NCBI GenBank assembly: GCA_016872055.1
Contig: VHBH01000004.1
Coordinates: forward strand, 45,530-77,529
Origin: Nitrososphaerota archaeon
GTDB taxonomy: Archaea; Thermoproteota; Nitrososphaeria; Nitrososphaerales; Nitrosopumilaceae
Reading direction: 5' to 3'
Length of the DNA: 32,000 bases
Shown here: positions 15,237 through 23,708 of the stretch, piece after piece
How the letters are laid out: each line of letters starts with the position of its first letter
How positions within the stretch are numbered: position 1 is the first letter of the stretch
The notes under the pieces: model-generated
Seen by the model: only the letters and a program-made list of their open reading frames with translations
What the model was told of the DNA's origin: nothing
Database searches by the model: none
Translations under genes and position numbers: made by a program

Positions 15237-15344
15237 TCTCATTTCTTATCTTTTATTCTTAATTTTTGTAAAACCTTCTAGTCCACATTGTTTACAATGT
15301 GTAATTCCTCATGTGATTAATGGCGCTTGTGTAGGAAAAATGAA

Positions 15345-16418
15345 GTGAAAATATTCATATTCGCGCTATTGTTCCTACTCTTGCCAGTAACAACCGCATT
15401 TGCCCAAGTTACTGACACACAATCCGCACTTGGGGTCAAGCTTACAAACTCAGACCCCTTCATCTACAAAGACGATGAAGGATACACAGTTGTAATAGGC
15501 GAAGTGGAAAATACAAAGGGCTTTCCAGTGAATAATGTCAAGGTCTGGGTTGGCTTTTTCTCTGGTGAGGCAGCAGGCCCTGCTGGAGAAACCCCGCTAG
15601 AGACAGTAACTGGAACTTCTCTTTTAGAGGTGATCCCAGCAAAGGGTAAATCTCCATTTATCATTAAATCTGAAACGCCAGATCCAGAAATTACCAAAGT
15701 AACAATAAATATTCTAGGATTCAACTCTGCTACCCAAAAGGAGCGACTACTAGAAGTAGAGCCAGGCGCATTAATCATTGGTGAGACAATTACATTTGAT
15801 GCGCAAATTACAAACACCGGCGCATATACTGCAGAAAACATCAGGGTACACCTGATCGGATTTGATGCGTTCAGTCCGCCAAGAATTGTTGGAATCCAAA
15901 CCATACTATTGGATGATATTACATCAAAGAAAACAGAAGAAGTATCGTTTGATACTGTAATGGACAACAGAGCATCATCATTTAAGATTATTGCAGAATC
16001 TGATGACTCACAATCAAAAATGACAAACGTGGAAGAAATATCACTAGAGTCGCCAACTAGACTAATTACAATAAATGATGTTAATGTGTTGGATTCTGAT
16101 GGAGAGCGAATCTCCAAAATCAAGATTGGCCAAACCGTAGATGTCTCAAGCAATCTCTCAATATTTACGGCATCTGAGAATCCAGAGCAAGACTATGTGT
16201 ATTATGTCCAAGTGAGACAGTTTGGAGAAAAGTCACAGGTAGAATTCTTGGGATTTACCGAAGGCAAGTTTGACTCAACAGATCTGCAAATATCTACAGT
16301 CAGCTGGACTCCACAAGGTGAGGGAGGGTTTTTCATAGAGACATATGTCTGGGATCTTGATGCAGTGGCACTAGCAGCCCCAAGCAAGACAATATCAGTA
16401 ATACTGGTAACACCATAA
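15345..16418 (+). CDS. Secreted protein with repeated beta-sandwich (CARDB-like) domains
   Basis: The signal peptide is VKIFIFALLFLLLPVTTAFA-Q. Repeated segments follow the pattern ...V.I.N.G...A.NV.V... I placed the start at GTG 15345 because GATTAATG (15315-15322) lies 23 nt upstream. The track's TTG at 15327 is an alternative. Confidence 0.65.
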   Translation: MKIFIFALLFLLLPVTTAFAQVTDTQSALGVKLTNSDPFIYKDDEGYTVVIGEVENTKGFPVNNVKVWVGFFSGEAAGPAGETPLETVTGTSLLEVIPAKGKSPFIIKSETPDPEITKVTINILGFNSATQKERLLEVEPGALIIGETITFDAQITNTGAYTAENIRVHLIGFDAFSPPRIVGIQTILLDDITSKKTEEVSFDTVMDNRASSFKIIAESDDSQSKMTNVEEISLESPTRLITINDVNVLDSDGERISKIKIGQTVDVSSNLSIFTASENPEQDYVYYVQVRQFGEKSQVEFLGFTEGKFDSTDLQISTVSWTPQGEGGFFIETYVWDLDAVALAAPSKTISVILVTP

Positions 16419-16442
16419 ATTCATCTTTGTATATTTGGTAGT

Positions 16443-16913
16443 ATGGCAAAGTTTTCCCTAGTTGCAATGGGTGGCACTTTTGATGTCATACATAAGGGTC
16501 ATCTTGCGTTGTTGCAGGGGGCGTTCTCCGTTTCAGACAATGTCATAATTGGCCTGACAAGTGACGAGCTTGCCAAAAAAAAAGGCAAAAAGCTAAATCA
16601 TGAATATTTGCAAAGGCTGGAAACACTAAAGCAGACAATAGAAAGAAAATTCTTAGGTAAATCATACACCATTAGTAAGCTTGACAACGATTTTGGCCCT
16701 GCAGTAATTGAGGGAAACATCCAGGCACTGGTAGTAAGCGAAGAAACAGCACACCAGGGGGATGTACTAAACAGGCTTCGAGCGCAAAGAGAACTCCCAC
16801 CCGTCCGAATCATAATGGTGCCAATGGTATTGGCCCAAGATGGCAAGCGAATTTCCACCACTAGGATTCGCAACTCCGAGATTGACGCTCAGGGAAACCT
16901 AATTCAAAGTTGA
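16443..16913 (+). CDS. coaD: Phosphopantetheine adenylyltransferase, archaeal type (cytidylyltransferase family)
   Basis: It is 156 aa with the GGTFDVIHKGH nucleotidyltransferase signature and an ISTTRIR-type C-terminal motif. TATA CATAAATT (16414-16421) overlaps the upstream stop codon. Confidence 0.8.
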   Translation: MAKFSLVAMGGTFDVIHKGHLALLQGAFSVSDNVIIGLTSDELAKKKGKKLNHEYLQRLETLKQTIERKFLGKSYTISKLDNDFGPAVIEGNIQALVVSEETAHQGDVLNRLRAQRELPPVRIIMVPMVLAQDGKRISTTRIRNSEIDAQGNLIQS

Positions 16914-16974
16914 CCAAGTGTTGTTTACTTTTTGAGTCATCTGGATAAAACGGAAATTTTCAAGAATTCCATGC

Positions 16975-17304
16975 TTGACTCTGATTAACCACATGTCAAA
17001 AAAGCTCAAAAACGATGTTACGGGACTGCAGGAAGGACTTCATCCAGAAAGCCTGACGTTTTGGTATGGCGTGGTAATCAAAGAAGCAAAGGAAATGGCG
17101 CCGTCCTGGCTCGTGGATAAAATCAACGTAAAGCAGGATCCTATCTTACCAATGAAGTTTAACTTAGATATATCAAAAAGAGCTGTTCGATATTTTATGA
17201 TGGCAGTGGACAACAACCTGCACAAAATGCCTACATCCACAAAATTTTACTTTCTCAAAGTAGAAGAGACACTATCCAATGAAATGGACAAGTCACTAGT
17301 CTAG
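16975..17304 (+). CDS. Hypothetical protein
   Basis: It is a 109-aa ORF with no family I recognise. TTG 16975 sits 24 nt after GATAAAAC (16944-16951). ATG 16993 is an alternative start. Confidence 0.45.
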   Translation: MTLINHMSKKLKNDVTGLQEGLHPESLTFWYGVVIKEAKEMAPSWLVDKINVKQDPILPMKFNLDISKRAVRYFMMAVDNNLHKMPTSTKFYFLKVEETLSNEMDKSLV

Positions 17305-17582
17305 CCCTTTGTGATCTCTACTGTTTCTGTGGTGGTCTTGGTGTCTGTTATCTGATTTACGTTATCCAAAACAGACTGGATAAAATCCACAAAAATGTCT
17401 ACCTGGACTGTGTCCTTTAGGACAATCGAATGTGCGGACTTGTCCTTTAGTGCAATTATCACTTCATTGTCGTAAACATTTAGAATTGATGAGATGAATG
17501 TCTCTTTCCCATCCTTGATGAAAATAAGACTAGCAAGCTTTGCTGCTTCGTGTTTGTCCTGACAGATTATCCAAGTCTTCAT
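17301..17582 (-). CDS. Hypothetical 93-aa protein translationally coupled to trpS
   Basis: Its ATG overlaps the trpS TGA (ATGA). I recognise no family. The Thr-rich C-terminus reads TDTKTTTETVEITKG. Confidence 0.5.
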   Translation of the reverse strand: MKTWIICQDKHEAAKLASLIFIKDGKETFISSILNVYDNEVIIALKDKSAHSIVLKDTVQVDIFVDFIQSVLDNVNQITDTKTTTETVEITKG

Positions 17583-18691
17583 TTGTCTTCTAGAAGGAAT
17601 TTGTCGATCTGCTCTTTGGCTTTTTCTCTTCTTTGTTGATGTGAAACTAGAAAGTCGGTCACTTTTTCAATTAGGATTGCTTTTAGCTCACCTGTGAGCA
17701 TTTTGCCTGACTTGTAGTCATCATAGATTGTCTTTAGTTTTTTATCGTCTGGCTCAAAAAAGATTCTCAGATATTGATATGATACATCAATATCTGGATT
17801 TCCACCAATTTTGCGGTGCTCTTCTACTGTTGACTGGCCACCGGAAAATGCATACTTGTTTATCTTTTTCTTGATTTGCTCTGGGGTATCAGTCGTGTAT
17901 ATTGTGCCGGATTCTTCGGATGCGGACATTTTTCCGCCAGGCCCCGAGAGGGCTGGGATCATAATATTGTGGATTAGTGCAGGTTTTTCTTTGCCTATTC
18001 GTGGTGCAACATCGCGTGTAATTCTAAAGTGCGGGTCTTGGTCCACTCCAAGTGGAATCAAAACAGGCCTGTCCTCAATAAAGCACGGGGCTGACTGTAG
18101 TGATGTGTAAAATATCATGCCCACATTTGTCTCGTTTGTAAAGCCAAAGACTGCCTTGGTGTTGGAAAAGTTGATCTTTTTTGCAACTTGAGATGCAATC
18201 GGATATAGAGTTTTGATGTTTCTTGTGTTGATGATTATCTTTGTTTTTTCTGGCTTGAATCCAAGTGCGATAAAATCCAACGCGTTTTCATAGGCAAACT
18301 TGCTTGTCTGCTCAAGTGTTAGGTCTTGCTTTGCAAAGAATTTTTCATCATCTGTTAGCTGAAAGTATAGGTTCGTGTCAAATTTTTCCTGCAACCACTT
18401 TGTGAAAACCCATGGGACGAGATGCCCGATATGGGTGTGGCCGGAAGGACCTCGTCCCGTATACAAAAAGAACTTTTCTCCCTTTTGATAATCTGAGAGA
18501 ATTCGTGATAGGTCTCGGTGCGAGAAGAAAACGCCCCGTCTGAGCATAAAGTGAAGCTCGCCGGTCACGGATTCGATTTTTTTTAGAATTTCCTGCGTGA
18601 TCTTTTCTGTACCAAACTGTTTGATGAGCTTATCATAGTCGATTTCTCCTTCTACGTGCCAGGGAGTAACAATGAAATCATCAGAAGGCAT
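17579..18691 (-). CDS. trpS: Tryptophanyl-tRNA synthetase (archaeal/eukaryal type)
   Basis: It has the HIGH-region TGRGPSGHTHIGHL and KMSAS in place of KMSKS. The N-terminal VTPWHVEGEIDYDKLIKQFG is typical of archaeal TrpRS. Confidence 0.9.
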   Translation of the reverse strand: MPSDDFIVTPWHVEGEIDYDKLIKQFGTEKITQEILKKIESVTGELHFMLRRGVFFSHRDLSRILSDYQKGEKFFLYTGRGPSGHTHIGHLVPWVFTKWLQEKFDTNLYFQLTDDEKFFAKQDLTLEQTSKFAYENALDFIALGFKPEKTKIIINTRNIKTLYPIASQVAKKINFSNTKAVFGFTNETNVGMIFYTSLQSAPCFIEDRPVLIPLGVDQDPHFRITRDVAPRIGKEKPALIHNIMIPALSGPGGKMSASEESGTIYTTDTPEQIKKKINKYAFSGGQSTVEEHRKIGGNPDIDVSYQYLRIFFEPDDKKLKTIYDDYKSGKMLTGELKAILIEKVTDFLVSHQQRREKAKEQIDKFLLEDK

Positions 18692-18713
18692 CCATGGTCA
18701 AGTTAGGTTAAGG

Positions 18714-18721
18714 TTTAAAAA
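18714..18721. promoter_or_regulatory. Single shared TATA box (TTTAAAAA / TTTTTAAA) serving divergent trpS and pheS
   Basis: It lies exactly 23 nt from the trpS ATG (18691, minus strand). It also lies exactly 23 nt from the TTG at 18744 that opens the conserved PheS N-terminus (plus strand). Confidence 0.6.
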
Positions 18722-18743
18722 GTCTTTTCGGGTCGTTTTGCTG

Positions 18744-20150
18744 TTGTCTCAAGTTCTCCATCCCATTGAGAAAACAATAATCAAATTATTACAAGCTGAA
18801 AAAAATCTCACAGAATCGCAAATCATGGAAAAAACCAAACTTTCTGCAGACCAGACAAGGCGCGGAATAGAATGGCTTCGGCTCAAGAATTTGGCAGTGG
18901 TGCAAGAATCAGAACAATTGTTTTTTGCTTTGGGCAAAAATGGACTTGGGGCAAACAAGGAAGGTTTGCCAGAAAGAAAACTGGTAAATCTCATTTCTGG
19001 TGCACCTGTACCGTTTGATGATCTGCGAAAAAAATTGCTAGATGAGATGAATGTGGCAATTGCAAATGCCAAAAAAAACGACTGGATCACAATAACTAAA
19101 AACGATTCTGGAAGTATTGTTTCGCTAAAGACAAATCCGAACCAGACAAGCGAAGAGAAAATCCTTTCGGTAATAGGTGAAGGCAAAATCACACAAGACC
19201 AGATCAAAGATTCAGCCGCGCTGGAATCACTCAAAAAAAGACCTGACTATATAGTAATAGAGTCTGTCAAAACCAAGACAATTTCGTTATCGGAGGAGGC
19301 AAAGTCAATTGACGTTGATGCAGCTGACTCTGGCGCAATCGACGTTGAAGCGGACGTTCCTATGATTCATGCAGCAAAAACTCACCCACTCAAAGATACA
19401 ATTGGTGAAATTCGCGAAATCTTTGTCAGTCTTGGCTTTACAGAAATTGCAGGCAATCTGGCACAGCCTGGATTTTGGAACTTTGATGCATTATTCACAC
19501 CGCAGGACCATCCTGCTAGGGAAATGCAAGATACATTTTACATCAAAGACAAGCGTGCACAAAACTTTGCAACCCAAGCCCAGATAAACTCGGTCTCTAC
19601 CTACCACAAAAAGGGATGGAAATATCCATGGAATCTGGATGCTGCACGAAAAATGGTTTTGCGAACCCATACCACATGCGTCACCATAAAATATCTTGCA
19701 GAGAACAAGCCTACCGAAGCCCGAGTGTTTTCATTGGGTCGTGTATTCAGAAACGAAAAGGTCAGCTACAAGCATCTGGTGGAATTTAATCAAGTAGAAG
19801 GAATCGTGGTTGGAAAAAATGTCTCGCTACGAGACCTGATGGGAATCCAAACACAATTTTACAAAAAGCTAGGCCTCAACAAAATAAAGTTTTGGCCCAC
19901 ATTTTTCCCGTACACCGAACCGTCATTGCAGACAATGGTATACAATGAAAAGCTAGACAAGTGGATTGAGCTGTTTGGCATGGGAATATTCCGACCTGAG
20001 GTGACTAGACCATTTGGAATTACTCGCCCGGTTTTGGCGTGGGGTGGAGGAATTGAGAGAATTGCAATGCTAAAGTATGGACTGGATGATGTTCGAGAAT
20101 TTTACAACAACAACCTAAACTGGCTGAGGAGCACTCCAAAATGCCAGTAG
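18744..20150 (+). CDS. pheS: Phenylalanyl-tRNA synthetase alpha subunit
   Basis: It has the class II core (HPAREMQDTFY, FRNE, GFGIERI-like GGGIERIAML) and an N-terminal wHTH region. I placed the start at TTG 18744 (MSQVLHPIEKTIIKLL) using the TATA spacing. The track's 18672 start would overlap trpS and the promoter. Confidence 0.88.
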   Translation: MSQVLHPIEKTIIKLLQAEKNLTESQIMEKTKLSADQTRRGIEWLRLKNLAVVQESEQLFFALGKNGLGANKEGLPERKLVNLISGAPVPFDDLRKKLLDEMNVAIANAKKNDWITITKNDSGSIVSLKTNPNQTSEEKILSVIGEGKITQDQIKDSAALESLKKRPDYIVIESVKTKTISLSEEAKSIDVDAADSGAIDVEADVPMIHAAKTHPLKDTIGEIREIFVSLGFTEIAGNLAQPGFWNFDALFTPQDHPAREMQDTFYIKDKRAQNFATQAQINSVSTYHKKGWKYPWNLDAARKMVLRTHTTCVTIKYLAENKPTEARVFSLGRVFRNEKVSYKHLVEFNQVEGIVVGKNVSLRDLMGIQTQFYKKLGLNKIKFWPTFFPYTEPSLQTMVYNEKLDKWIELFGMGIFRPEVTRPFGITRPVLAWGGGIERIAMLKYGLDDVREFYNNNLNWLRSTPKCQ

Positions 20151-21775
20151 TCACACTATATCTATCAAGGCTGCAAAAACTCGTAGGCAAGACAAGCAAA
20201 AACAGGATAATTGATTCGCTGCCGTTTTTGGGCCTAGACATAGAAGAGCAAACTGACAAATACATTCGCGTAGAATACAGCCCAAACAGGCCGGATTATG
20301 CAACAGATGTTGGAATTGCGACCGGACTTCAGGGACTACTTGGAATCAAAAAAGGAATTGCCAAGCTAGTAGTCAAAAAAGCTGACAGAAACTATTCCAT
20401 CAGGACAGATCCTGCAGTAAAAAAGATCCGACCATATGTTTTAGGATTGATTGCAAAGGGGGGAAAGCTAGACGATGAAATCATTCGACAGCTAATTGCG
20501 CTACAAGAAGACCTTCACTTTGGCATTGGAAGAAGGCGCAAAAAGGCATCAATTGGGATACACAACCTTGACGCCGTAAAACTTCCTTTATTGTACACAG
20601 TCAAATCCAGAGTTCACAAGTTTGTGCCGCTTGCTGCAGACAAGGAAGTTTCTGTATCGCAGATCCTCGATACCATGGATGCTGGCAAGGAATACTCCGC
20701 AATACTTGGGAGTGCTTCTGGTGTTCCGATGATTCTAGATGCACAGCAAAACACCATCTCCTTTCCACCAATAATCAACTCTGCATTGACCACAGTAACT
20801 ACATCTACTACGAACATACTTGTGGAAGTAACCGGAAATGATCCCAGTGCAGTATCTGACACACTGTCTGTGATCGCATCTGCATTGCAGGGACTGGGCT
20901 TTACTTTGTACGATGTGAAAACCGACAAGAAAAGCTCTGCCGAGTCGCTAAAAACAAGAATCATCTCACTTGAATCTACTCTGGTCAATCAAATCCTTGG
21001 ATTGAATCTGTCTTCGGCTCAAATCTGTAATATGTTGCGAAAATGCAGATTAGATGCAGTAGTTAGGAACAAAAAAATCTCTTGCACAATTCCAAGATAT
21101 CGCTTTGATATTTTTGGCCCAATGGATCTGGTAGAAGAAGTGGGACTTGGATATGGAATTCAAAATCTTTCCCCAACACTTCCGTCATCTGTTTCAGTTG
21201 GACAAAAAAGTGAGACAACGCTCAAGCTTGACCAGCTTGGACAGATTATGATAGGCCTAGGCTTTGCTGAGGCATTAAACTCGTCTCTTACAAGCAAGCA
21301 AATACTATACAATAACACCAAGCGTGACTCTGCAAAGCTAATCGAGGTTGCAGAATCAAAAAGCCAAGAGCACACCGTATTGCGTGACTCTATCCTACCG
21401 GGACTATTGGAAAACCTTTCAAAAAACATTCACGAGCAATATCCACAAAAACTATTTGAAACGGGAATTGTTTTTTCCGGAAACTCCTCAATCACAGAAT
21501 CTATTTCATTTGCATGTGTTACTGCACACAAGGACTCTGGCTATACTGAAATCAAGTCCGTGTTGCAATCTCTACTAAAGACCGATTCCAACATTGAATG
21601 CAAAACTAAAACTGCACAAGATCCAATGTTTGAAAAAGGCAAAACTGCCGAGATTTTGGTAAACGGCAAAAAAATTGGTTTGGTGGGTGAGATAGATTCT
21701 CAAGTTATGGAGAACTTCAAAATACGCGTACCAGTAAGTGGATTTGAAATAATACTTAGTGACTTTCTCATCTAA
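20141..21775 (+). CDS. pheT: Phenylalanyl-tRNA synthetase beta subunit (archaeal type)
   Basis: It is 544 aa. MPVVTLYLSRLQKLVGK...EYSPNRPDY is the typical archaeal PheT N-terminus. It overlaps pheS by 10 nt. Confidence 0.9.
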   Translation: MPVVTLYLSRLQKLVGKTSKNRIIDSLPFLGLDIEEQTDKYIRVEYSPNRPDYATDVGIATGLQGLLGIKKGIAKLVVKKADRNYSIRTDPAVKKIRPYVLGLIAKGGKLDDEIIRQLIALQEDLHFGIGRRRKKASIGIHNLDAVKLPLLYTVKSRVHKFVPLAADKEVSVSQILDTMDAGKEYSAILGSASGVPMILDAQQNTISFPPIINSALTTVTTSTTNILVEVTGNDPSAVSDTLSVIASALQGLGFTLYDVKTDKKSSAESLKTRIISLESTLVNQILGLNLSSAQICNMLRKCRLDAVVRNKKISCTIPRYRFDIFGPMDLVEEVGLGYGIQNLSPTLPSSVSVGQKSETTLKLDQLGQIMIGLGFAEALNSSLTSKQILYNNTKRDSAKLIEVAESKSQEHTVLRDSILPGLLENLSKNIHEQYPQKLFETGIVFSGNSSITESISFACVTAHKDSGYTEIKSVLQSLLKTDSNIECKTKTAQDPMFEKGKTAEILVNGKKIGLVGEIDSQVMENFKIRVPVSGFEIILSDFLI

Positions 21776-21872
21776 GATATACAAAGACGAGATTTTACTA
21801 GATAAATTTCACTAATGATTTACCAGTAAAAAAACTGCGCAAGTGATTTTATTAAAAATAGTTTTTTTGCCA

Positions 21873-21992
21873 ATGACAAAAATAAGTACCAAATTTTCAG
21901 AAGTATTGCTACTATTACTGGTAATTGCGATTATTTCGGCATCGATTACGTTTACCACAATAGTCTTTGAGATTCTGCAAGTATATTGTTAG
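21873..21992 (+). CDS. Possible 39-aa single-TM micro-ORF (MTKISTKFSEVLLLLLVIAIISASITFTTIVFEILQVYC)
   Basis: It is an ATG-initiated ORF inside a 600-bp gap with one hydrophobic helix. An A/T-rich TATA-like stretch (21847-21860) lies 13-19 nt upstream, closer than the usual spacing. Confidence 0.25.
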   Translation: MTKISTKFSEVLLLLLVIAIISASITFTTIVFEILQVYC

Positions 21993-22199
21993 CCCATCCT
22001 TGCCTGACTGTCTGGTGAACAACAAAGTCTTATAATTACCAAAAAATACTCGAGGGAATTTAAGATCTCGCACAGTTTTTTCCAAGCATTCCTACTTCTT
22101 ACTCTATTTTTTATGCATCTAGTCTTTCCTTTTTTCTATACCTGACTTAATATTTGAGAGAATTGCTACGGATTTTGCCCTAACAAAGGCATACAGACG

Positions 22200-22347
22200 G
22201 ACTAGAATGATATGATGCTTAAACATGATTTCTGGGTCCACCCAGGTATGCGACATGGGGCTACCCCGGTCACAGAGCATGTTTGAGGAAATAGGCTAAA
22301 GACCTGTGAGAACGTGTGAGTCAGTGCCGGGGTACATTATCCTAGCA
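22200..22347 (+). ncRNA. Candidate structured RNA of unknown class (GC-rich island with nested helices)
   Basis: Three structural elements stand out. A hairpin CTGGG-TCCA-CCCAG lies at 22232-22245. A long-range 8-bp perfect helix pairs TACCCCGG (22262-22269) with CCGGGGTA (22327-22334), extendable by CAC/GTG. An outer closing helix pairs CTAGAATGAT (about 22202) with ATTATCCTAG (about 22337-22346). A TATA-like TTAATATT (22148-22155) lies upstream. Strand and ends are uncertain. Confidence 0.3.
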
Positions 22348-22379
22348 AAAAATATTAGATTTGCAAATCTACTCATATT

Positions 22380-22787
22380 ATGAATTACTGGCTGTGCAAG
22401 CAAGAACCGTCCACATACAACATGGACTTGCTCCAAAAGGAAAAGACCACAACCTGGGACGGTGTCCACAACAACCTAGCAATAAAGCACATCAATTCGA
22501 TGAAAAAAGGTGATCAAGCGTTTTTCTATCACAGTGGAGACGAAAAACAAATTGTTGGCATCATGGAAATAATATCCAATCCATATCCAAACCCGAAAGA
22601 AAAAAATCCGAGATTTGTTGTAGTTGATGTAAAATTCAAAAAGCGACTGGAAAACCCAGTAACGCTTGCACAGATCAAGACAAATCCGAAATTCAAAGAT
22701 TGGGAGCTGTTGCGAATATCAAGGCTCTCTACAATGCCAGTCCCTACTCAGATCTGGAGTGAAATACTGAAAATTTCACAAAAATAG
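22380..22787 (+). CDS. EVE domain (PUA-like, DUF55) protein
   Basis: The pattern MNYWLCKQEPSTY...W.GV.N..A..H...MK.GD.AFFYHSG....IVGI.E......P ... SRLS..PV matches stand-alone EVE proteins. TATA AAATATTA (22350-22357) lies 23 nt upstream. Confidence 0.8.
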   Translation: MNYWLCKQEPSTYNMDLLQKEKTTTWDGVHNNLAIKHINSMKKGDQAFFYHSGDEKQIVGIMEIISNPYPNPKEKNPRFVVVDVKFKKRLENPVTLAQIKTNPKFKDWELLRISRLSTMPVPTQIWSEILKISQK

Positions 22788-22835
22788 AAACTGGCAATAG
22801 GTTTATTGATATATGCCGCGGTGTATACTTTAGTT

Positions 22836-23075
22836 ATGGCAACAGCATACGTTTTGATAAACTGTGAACTAGGTTCAGAAGAAGCCATTATCAAGCAATT
22901 AAAGTCACTTGATGGTGTAAAAGAGGTTCACGGCACTTTTGGCGCATATGACATCTTAGCCAAAATCGAATCCCCAACAGTAGAGGCGTTACGTGAGACC
23001 ATTACTTGGAAGATTCGAAAAATAGAGAAAATCCGATCTACATTAACCCTAATGGGTATTGAGGGTCAGTCTTAA
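22836..23075 (+). CDS. Stand-alone Lrp/AsnC-type ligand-binding (RAM) domain protein
   Basis: The 79-aa product MATAYVLINCELGSEEAIIKQLKSLDGVKEVHGTFGAYDILAKIE... matches the RAM-domain pattern. I moved the start from the track's TTG 22806 to ATG 22836, downstream of an A/T-rich TATA region at 22802-22815. Confidence 0.7.
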   Translation: MATAYVLINCELGSEEAIIKQLKSLDGVKEVHGTFGAYDILAKIESPTVEALRETITWKIRKIEKIRSTLTLMGIEGQS

Positions 23076-23099
23076 ACACTTACCTCTTTTTCTTGTGTC

Positions 23100-23663
23100 A
23101 TGCTTTTACATTTCATATTCATGGTTACCAAGGAAGACTTAGAGTCACGGACCAAGGAATTTGAGTACATTCAGCAGATGGCTCAATTTTACAAAAAATG
23201 GATCAAAGACACATTTTCTTTGGATTATGATGTAAAATGCGACCAGATGATAGTTCCAAAACAGAGCCTGATTCGAAGACTGGACACTGCAGTATTAGTA
23301 GAAGACCACAAGTCTCGCGACCACGACACATTTCATTTCTACTTGGCAAACTTTAGGCCGATGTGGACTGACTGCACGTGCGAAGGGTACTATGCAGAAA
23401 ACTTTGCAATGGTATTGTGGGTCAAGCCTAAAGAAGACGAGCTTTTGCTGACGTGTCAGAAAAACTGCACGGTAGTGTCGCATGAATTAGCACACGAATT
23501 GTTGCGCCAAAAAAAATTTAAAAATCAATACGAAATGGTCCATGATGTCTGGTCAAAGCATCTCTTCAAGGATCTCGCATTTGAGCAATACGGAAAAAAC
23601 TTTGAGCGCAACACATCGCAGCCATATTTTATGACACTTGATGCATCCGAGCTTCGGTCATAA
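23100..23663 (+). CDS. Hypothetical protein with an HExxH motif (possible zinc metallopeptidase-like)
   Basis: It is 187 aa with SHELAHELLR preceded by Cys pairs (CTCEG, CQKNC). I recognise no family. Confidence 0.5.
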   Translation: MLLHFIFMVTKEDLESRTKEFEYIQQMAQFYKKWIKDTFSLDYDVKCDQMIVPKQSLIRRLDTAVLVEDHKSRDHDTFHFYLANFRPMWTDCTCEGYYAENFAMVLWVKPKEDELLLTCQKNCTVVSHELAHELLRQKKFKNQYEMVHDVWSKHLFKDLAFEQYGKNFERNTSQPYFMTLDASELRS

Positions 23664-23708
23664 TATAATCACCCGCTGTTTTAATCCGTCCAGATTTGAA
23701 ATAATATT

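Noticed and set aside
15464-16153. 229-aa minus-strand ORF antisense to the secreted CARDB-like protein gene
   Set aside because: It is a Ser-rich shadow frame of a gene that has a good signal peptide and promoter. It has no TATA or start context of its own.
18749-19234. 161-aa minus-strand ORF inside pheS; similar antisense or alternate-frame ORFs occur at 4992-5384, 20614-20988, 21160-21429, 25157-26730 and 28040-28372
   Set aside because: All lie within CDSs with strong family motifs (PheS, SerRS, PheT, aconitase, PdxS). All show biased shadow-frame composition.
22200-22347. Assigning the GC-rich island to 5S rRNA, RNase P RNA, SRP RNA or a canonical H/ACA sRNA
   Set aside because: CCGGTCACAGAG resembles the 5' part of some archaeal 5S rRNAs, but the universal CCGAAC / GAAGTTAAGC loop motifs are absent. 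GAGGAAAT and ACAGAG resemble the RNase P CR-I and CR-V motifs, but they are in the wrong order and the region is too short. The ACA after the long helix suggests H/ACA, but the distance from any plausible pocket to ACA (more than 20 nt) violates the 14-15 nt rule.
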